DNA from: the human T2T-CHM13v2.0 reference genome, Homo sapiens
Direction: 5' to 3' (one strand)
Assembly: GCF_009914755.1 (NCBI RefSeq)
Contig: NC_060926.1
DNA: 64,000 nucleotides
Positions within the stretch are counted from its first letter, which is position 1; each line of letters starts with the position of its first letter. The notes beneath the pieces were generated by a model, which ran no database searches, was not told where the DNA came from, and was given only the letters and a program-made list of their open reading frames with translations. The translations under genes were made by a program, and so were the position numbers. Of this stretch, positions 50,451 to 64,000 are shown piece by piece.

Positions 50451-51398
50451 CAAAGTATTGCAGAGGAACAAGAAGGCTGCAATATTCCTCAGGACTTTTC
50501 TCTTGGCGTTGCCCTGTAAGAAACGAGGAAGGTGGACTGGGCTTGGGTTCCCTCCCCAGCTGCTCTCCTCCTGCTTCTCCTCCTTGTCACAACTTTCTCT
50601 CAGGCACACATTTCCATTGGCTGCTGGTGGCATGTCCCTGTCCCAGGGAGCCACGTCTCCGGCCACAACTCCACTCTTGAGGCAGGAGGAAGCAAGGGAC
50701 ATGGTGTTGCCATTGCAGACTGTGACCATCCGAAGGGTTTGGATGTCCTCAGAGAGTTTTTTAGGCTCTCGGTGAATGGATTCAAAGATGAAGAGGTTCT
50801 GGATGTACTTCTCCATGATCACCACGATGGAGTAGGGCAGGTTGTACCAGGTGTAGTGGGGGTGGTCCTCGGCACAAAGGATGGCCAAGATTGAGCCCCA
50901 GGAGATAAGCCAGGAGCCTGAGGCAGTGCCCACCAAGAGGTCCGAGTCCAGTTTGCGGGGCGGATTTTTGGACTCATCCAGTGACTTCTCATCTGTCCTG
51001 TAAATCCGGATTCCAGCCAGCCCCGCAGCCCCCATAAGCATCATCAGGGTGATGACATACAGGTAGAACGTGATGAGTGCTGACTCGCTCTTGGTCTTGG
51101 AGCACCCAATATGAATCAGGTGCACCACCCACCACCACGGCAATGGTGGCAGCCAGCGCGGTCAGGCCCAGGACTGTGCCCACCGTGACCCCATCAGGCT
51201 TGAACTGCATCTTCTGGTGCTGATGGCTGTCAACTTTGCGCCCGATGTTCTTCCATAGGACGTAGAGCACTGTGGAGGCCAGGATCTGATACTCTATGTT
51301 GAAGGGGTAGAGGTAGTAGTTATAGTAGATCCCGTGGGAGATGGTGGTGCAGAGAGTTGGGGGCGTGCAGTTACACTGCGGTGTGTGGTCATCTAAAA
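50451..51398 (-). pseudogene. OTOP1: OTOP1 copy, large exon 5 (frameshifted)
   Basis: cccctag|..LDDHTPQCNCTPPTLC...YPFNIEYQILAST...AATIAVVV lies in one frame (ORF 50989-51420). HLIHIG...RKLDSDLLVG...EKYIQNLFIFES...NIAAFLFLCN..|gtaatc lies in another frame (ORF 50418-51143). Confidence 0.95.
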
Positions 51399-52199
51399 CT
51401 AGGGGAGACAGGTTGATCACACAGAGGGGCTATTAGCAGGTGCAAGGGGAAGCAGAAAAGCACAGAAAACTGTTTCCACTGTGGATTCAGGCTTGAGTCT
51501 TCCCACTGGATTACAAGCTTTTTCATGTCATGGCTTATTATCACGTTTAATATGATGGCTAATTTGATAGCCCTGAGTATCCCCAAAGCATATTCATTAC
51601 CTAAATCACATTTATTTGGTGAGTTGCCAAAGAGGATAGAGAAGATGACTCTATTGTTGTAAAAAATAGATATGTAGATGATAGATAGATAGATGGATAC
51701 ACACACACACAGACAGACAGAAAAAACCTGGAAGGACACAAACTAAAATGTCAACAATTGTTATCTCTGGGTGGAAAAATGACAGATGATTTTTAACCTC
51801 TTCTAGATTTTGCTTCCCTGTATTTTCTAAATTTTTTCTGTGAAGATGATTTACATGTGTGATTTTTTAAGATTATTTTTAAAAAATACTTTCTGGAGAA
51901 AATGCCCCTTTTAATTAGCAAAAGATATGCCTCTTAAGACTCCAGTGCTAGCAAGCATGCAGGAGACAGGTGCTCTCTGATATCAGTGCGGGGAAAGTAA
52001 ACGGGCACCACCTTCTGGAAGAGAAGCTGGCTGTCATATGGAGGGCCCTCTCATCACAGGAGGGCAGATGCTGCAAGTAAATGACGAAACAGGTCACCAA
52101 AGCCCTGAAGGCGATGCAGTCTCTGACCCATAATTCCATTCTTTCCATTCTACCCTTCTACTCAAAGGGACAAATAAAAATGTAATCAAAGAGTCAGGT

Positions 52200-54830
<2,631 letters not shown>

Positions 54831-55872
54831 ATAGCCTACCAGAGAGTGTGGGGGTACAAATTAAATGACATGTGTAAATTTCCAACAACAGTGGCAGGCA
54901 CTCAGCAAATGCTTAATAAAAATTTACTTTTGTTATTGTTGTCATTGCTGCTACTAATATTGATACCAAAGAGGACATGAGGCCCAAACACCGAGTGCCT
55001 GCTGGTTGGGGGTGGTGACTTCGTTGTCTCCACCCCACTGATGACAAAACAGGTTCAAAGTGGCTCTCCAGGACAGCCTGGGTTCACACAGCTGTCACAG
55101 ACTTGCTGCATGTTAAAGCTGGAAGGGATCTTTGCAAGTGCATGATTTGGATACCCTCACTTTACAAATGAGAAAAGGGAGGCTCAGAGAGATTAAAAGT
55201 CTTCTAAAGGTCACACAGCTTGTACATGATGGGAACAAACCTGAGACACCCAGTTCCCTGCCCCACATTCCCCTCAGCCTGAATGTTCTCATATAGAAGT
55301 GACATATTGTAAATGCTAAAGGATTTTAGATGAAAATATAAAGATTAACCCAACAGGCTCTCAAATAGGAACAAGGTAGAACAGACATGAGCTAGAATTA
55401 TAAGCCAACTACAGTTAAATTAAAACTTTAAATGAACCACAGCCTATTAACCACAACCTACCATTAGACTTTTATGAATTTTTAAAAGCCATACTTTTAC
55501 TAGAAAGAACTGGTAATAGAGGTTTAATTAAAAACACAAGCAGAGGCAACCATCAATCTTCTGTAGTTGAAAACAAAGACATTTATTTCTGCGGCAAACT
55601 GGACCATGAGAAATGGCCATCAGAATGATCACCGTGGGTCTTACAAGTCCCTGAGTCATGGAAGAAACCTTAATTATGCTCAGTACACATCACTTATGAG
55701 AGATTCAGGTTTTGGAAGATTTTCAACAACAGGGGGCTGTCTGGCTGATGCTGACTTTGGTGGGCCTGAAGTTCTTTGGAACCTGCACTCCATCTCTGAA
55801 CACTGTGGACTCTGCAGGTTTCCAAGACATTCCAACATGGCAGAGGGGCCACTCACCTCTCTCAGCACTCAC

Positions 55873-56003
55873 CTGTTGTTATGTTCCCAAAGCCCAGAGT
55901 GATGAGCCATTCCTTGTGCTCATTGAGTTGGTGCTTTGACTCATTGAGGACGCCGTTGGCCCACAGAAGCAGGTTGGTGAACACCAAGTGGATCACCCCA
56001 AAC
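55873..56003 (-). pseudogene. OTOP1: OTOP1 copy, exon 4
   Basis: ttttcag|G-FGVIHLVFTNLLLWANGVLNESKHQLNEHKEWLITLGFGNITT-G|gtgagt, 131 nt. Not in the ORF track; translated by hand. Confidence 0.93.
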
Positions 56004-56424
56004 CTGAAAAACACAAGGACTCAGTTCTCAAGCAGCCCTGGGAGAGCCTCAGGCACCATAGGGTGAGACAGACATGTGCACACAAATACACGGCTCCTTC
56101 TCAGCCATGATTCTGGCTACATCATGGATGACCCTTGAGAACGTTATGCTGTGAGAAATAAGCCAGACACAAGAAGACCAATACTGTATGGTTCAATTTA
56201 TACGAGGCATCTAGAATATTCAAACTCATAAAGACAGAAAGTAGAACAGAGTTTGCCAAAAGCCAGAGGAGGAGGAAATAGAGAGTTGTTTAGTGGGCTC
56301 AGAGTTTCAGTTTTGCAAGATGAAAAACGTTTGCAGATTGGTTGTACAACAAGTGAATGTACTTAACATTAATGAACCATATGCTTAAAATGACTAAGAT
56401 GGTAAATGTTATGTGATTGTCAAC

Positions 56425-56895
56425 CTGAAAAAAAAAGACATTAGAGAAAATTATCGCTAAATATGTTGGATTTACTTGGAAATAGGAATTACAGTCCAGA
56501 ATGCATGGAATGGCAAGCCACCAGCGCATTCGGTGAGGGAAGGGTAAGGAGGAGCTGTTATTAGCAAAGAGAGATTTACATAATCCACAGAGAAAAAAAG
56601 TTCATCGGTTCTAGAGGCTCAAAGCCAGAGTTGTCATCAGTTCATTGGTGGAGATGCCAGTGCTGGACAAGTGTTCTTCCAAGAGCATCTTATCTGCTTT
56701 ACTGCAGTCCTAATGAATGTCTAGTAATGTCCAACCTCTTCAAAGCAGGAGATGCATGAAGGGTTTTTAGAAAGTCTTTGGAAACACTTTGTATCTCAGA
56801 CACGTAGACAGAAGTGCCCTCTCCTTAGCGCTTTCCCAGGCCTATTTTGCCTGGGTCTGACAAAAGCGATTTCATCCTGATATCTACGGGTTTTT
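56425..56895. mobile_element. Probable solitary ERV1-type LTR (MER31-like) within an L1M 3' end
   Basis: Discrete block interrupting the L1 terminal sequence (...aatgttatgtg / tatttgccacaattttaaaa). Family call is tentative. Confidence 0.45.
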
Positions 56896-57934
56896 CAGTA
56901 TTTGCCACAATTTTAAAATAAATGCTCTGTTTTTTAGAACAGCGCCTAATTGTTATATATACTTTTTTCCATTCGCCAGTCATCTAATGTAGCAAAAGCA
57001 CATGGTAAGTGTCCAACAGGTATAGAATTATTAATTCATTGACTTGCCTGGCCAATAAAAGGCCTTAAATTAGAAAGCTAGGATCTCCAACCCACCAACT
57101 AAGAGGGATATTTTGAAAATTCATATCTGTCCCAGTCATTCTTCTGCCTAAAGCCTTCAGTGGCTCCCCACTGCCCTTGAGGTGAAGCCCAAGCCCCTAG
57201 GTGGTGGTCAGCCTTGACCAAGAATTTGCTGCACACCTAGCCCTGTGCCAAGTGCTTTTCATACACATGTGCCTTTAATCTCTACAACGAGCCCATGAAG
57301 TAGGTACTGTGATTGTCCTCACCTTGCAAGTAAGACCCATGAGGCCCAGAGAAGTTAAATAATTTTCCTGAAGTCACACAGCTGTGGTCAGAGCCAGAGT
57401 CATGCAATCTGACCAGAGTGCAAGCTTACAAGCCCTACACCAAACAGGGATCCAGCCTGTGCCCACACATCCTCCCGCTACCCCACTGTGAGGAAAGACT
57501 GCATGTCCCAAAGACACCCTCTTCCAGTGGCCTCTGACCCACTAACCCTGTGCTCCTCCCTCTCTCACAAACGGTTCTGGGACCTTCTCTGGCAGAAATT
57601 GACTCTCACCCCAAGCTGCCGAAATGCCCTCCTTTGTGCTCCCTCATTGCTCTGGGACACTCTGGTCAAAGCACTGAGCCCAGCGTTGTCACTGTTTTGG
57701 GGACTGCCTCTCACCTAACTGACACCCCCACGGTGTGTGCCACAGACTTTGCAGCCTTGTATTCCCCATGCTGAGAACAATGTTCATCCAGTATTTAAAG
57801 ATGAACTGCAAGAAAAATAAATGAATGAACGAATGCAGTTCGTTCTGGCCTCACGAAAGCTTTCCACATTGTCACTGTATCACTATAAGGCTCTGTCTTC
57901 ACGGGATTTGGCTCCCCTGGAATGAGCAGCCAGT

Positions 57935-58625
<691 letters not shown>

Positions 58626-59094
58626 AAAGCTTTCAAGTGCAAGGCAGCCCCTCCAAATGAGCCCCTCAGCAAGCTCCCCAGTGATCCCACCATGCCACCA
58701 GGGAGCTAAACTGTTTCCAGGCTCACTGGGCATGTTCTGTCTGTTAGCTTCACTGTTTGAGAATGTGTTTGATCTAGAGAAACACTCTAAGGTCATCCAG
58801 TGCTGTCCGGTAAGTCAGCTGGGGGTACAAGCTGACGGTCACTTTGGATAAAAGATGAAGTTTTAAAAATGTCATCCCTGGTTTTCTAGAGGTAGAAAAC
58901 TTTCCAAAGAACCTTCTCAAACTGGAAATCCAAAAATATTTCCAGCAATGGCAGTATCACCAGAACAAGTTCATGGTCTTCCAGGGTGACTTGTCAGGAA
59001 GAAAATAATCATTGTGTCTCCGCAGTGACTTTGAGCAAGTCACTTGTCTTCTCTGAGCTCCAACTTCTTCGTTAGAAAAAAATGAGGGCAGAGC

Positions 59095-59745
59095 CTGCCA
59101 TTTGCAACAACATGGGCAAATCTGGAGGACATTGTGCTCAGTGAAATAAGGCAGACACAGAAAGAAAAATACTGCATAATCTCACTTATATGTGGTATCT
59201 AGAAAAACGTTTTTAATCCAATGCATAAAAACAGATGGTAGAAGCTGGGCATGGTGATGTGGGCCTGTAGTCCTAGCTACTAGGGAGACTGAGGCGGGAG
59301 GATCACTTGAGCTGAATTCAAGGCTGCAGTGATCCGTGATGGCACCACTGCACTCTACCCTGGGCAACAGAGCAAGACCCTGTCTCTAAAATTGAATTAA
59401 ATTAATAAATAAAAACAAAATAACATAAAGAGTAGAATGGTAGTTGGAGGGGAAAAATTAGAAGATTTTGGTCAAAGGGTACAAAGTTGCAAATACGTAA
59501 GATGAATAATTCTAGAGATGTAATGGACAACGTGAAGACTGTAGTTAATACTATTGTATTGTATACTGGAAATTTGCTAAGAGAATAGATTTTAGGTGCT
59601 CTTACCACATCCAAAAAAAGAAAGGCAACTATGTGAGATGACAGACATAAATATGCTTGACTGTAGTAATCACTTCACTATGGATAGGAATATCAAATAA
59701 TCATGTTGTATACCTTAAACATATACAACAAAAAACAAAAAAAAA
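59095..59745 (+). mobile_element. L1MA-like 3' end with Alu right-arm insert
   Basis: gccatttgcaacaacatgg...gtcaaagggtacaaagttgc...ttgtataccttaaacatatacaa followed by an A tail. Confidence 0.8.
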
Positions 59746-60506
59746 ATGAGACTGACAATTCAACAATTCAGATCCTGACTCTGATAACATTACCACGGAT
59801 TTCTGCCAAGGGCGAACACTACCCTGAAAGCCCATCTAACATTCTTTTCAACCATGAGATTTTTCTGACCCTAAGCTATGTATTTAAATTATATTTATCA
59901 AATCCTTCCTTCTGAGCCATACCAAGTTTACCAATGCTGTGGGAAAAAATCCTCATACATTTCTAAAAGACTTTAATCCCCAAACAAGAAAACAAAAGCG
60001 CTTCCATGACCCAGAGGAGGCATTGTAATGGCACAAGGTTTCTATGTAGGAAGAATATTAAATTTTTTTTAAAAATAAAATTGATTTTGGCAATGGTTGC
60101 ATAACTCTATGAACAGACTAAACCGTTGAATTCCACATGTTAAATGGCTGAATTATATGCCATGTGAATTCTCTCAATAAACCTGTTACATACCCAGAAA
60201 ATAAAACTCCCTCAAGCTTTTACTGTAGACCCTGGCTTGGCAGAATTTCCTGACTCTTCATCATTAGAAGTTCTGCCTCATAGGATCCCTGCAAAAATGG
60301 CCATGGGGACACAGAGTTTTATTTTGCAATGGAGGCAGCTGAAGAATTAAGCCTCAAAGATAGACTTCAGTTCACCTCAGTTCACTGCAGTTCACAGCTG
60401 TGCACACTGTCTCCACTTGCCACATGTCTCGATGTTACAAGTTTCTACACAACCTGGGATACACTCCACAGGAATGAGACAACATGAATAAACATCAGTG
60501 GTTTAC

Positions 60507-60643
60507 CTGCAACAAAGTATGCACTGAATGGGTGACAGGGAAAACTCCTTCAGTGGCTGATAAACATTCTGAAAATCCAATGAAGTATCTAATTTTAAGG
60601 CATCCCAGGATGATGGTAATGACTGCAAACAATGTGATACTAC
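60507..60643 (-). pseudogene. OTOP1: OTOP1 copy, exon 2
   Basis: catttag|GT-SITLFAVITIILGCLKIRYFIGFSECLSATEGVFPVTHSVHTLLQ|gtaaac, 137 nt. Confidence 0.93.
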
Positions 60644-60729
60644 CTAAATGTGGGATAAAGGGGGAAGTGGAAACACACACATTCCATTAATATACATTGA
60701 TGTCATTTCAAAATAAATTATATTACATA

Positions 60730-62635
<1,906 letters not shown>

Positions 62636-63024
62636 TAAATTCTAGCCCAGGCATGGTGGCTCATGCCTGTAATTCCAGCACTTTGGGAGGCCAAGGCGGG
62701 AGGATCACTTGAGGCCAAGAGCCTAAGCAACCCCATCTCTACCCAAAAATAACATAATAATTATTTCTAAATAAATAAACAAATTCTACTGTTGAGCTGC
62801 GAAGGTAAAACTAGAAGGCAGGTGTTGTGTCCTGTTCATCATTGTACCCACCCCATAGCCTAGAGTCTGACAAATGATACACAATCAACGAAGCCTGGTC
62901 CAGTCAACAGAATGCTCCCAGAAGCTTTTTCAAAAAGGAGAAATCTAAGAATGTCACTGCTCTACTCAAAAATCTCAATTCTCTAATCCTAAAATCCTGT
63001 TCTCTAAAGAATAAGAGTGCAGCT

Positions 63025-63688
<664 letters not shown>

Positions 63689-64000
63689 GAAAGTATATTA
63701 GAAAAAAAAAAATAGATGGGTAAGGGCTCTATAGTAGTAGCTGAGGAAGGGCCTGTGCTAGGTGTACTGAGGAAAGGAAGCAATCTTTGATATTATAATG
63801 AGCATGGCTGCCCAAAATATAAAGACAAACTAATAAAAAATTTGCATATAAAAAAGACTGGAAAGGAATGTACAAAATACATTAAAAAGACACTTGGTGA
63901 CAAATGAAGAAATTAGTGAGAAAAAGGCAATGATCATGAGTGCTTGATCAAGTCAGAGTTCCTCATCTCCCTCCTGGGCTAGCATTGACTGCCATTTACA

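Overview
This is primate (very likely human) nuclear DNA, dense in Alu, L1, L2, LTR and DNA-transposon relics, with no intact protein-coding gene. It reads as a mosaic of segmental duplications. From left to right: a broken L1 ORF2 (1-2616) fused to a degenerate (CCCTAA)n interstitial telomere array (2617-2836); a TAR1 subtelomeric CpG-rich block (2837-~3553); a GC-rich block carrying two intron-flanked C-terminal LSP1 exons (8006-8140, 8511-8588); an AT-rich repeat block; and an unprocessed OTOP1 pseudogene on the minus strand (exons 2, 4, 5 and 6 at 60643-42079; exon 3 missing; 4-bp frameshift in exon 5). From recall, this LSP1P + OTOP1-copy + TAR1 combination best fits pericentromeric duplication clusters such as 2p11 (related copies at 1q21); I have not verified the location. 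The most interesting observation is a possible chimeric gene: an ATG inside TAR1 (3443) is open to a strong donor at 3595/3596 and would splice in frame to the LSP1 exons. Also notable is a 247-bp, ~95%-identical inverted copy inside an old L1. Repeat subfamily names and most repeat boundaries are approximate by-eye calls, and reference protein comparisons are from memory.
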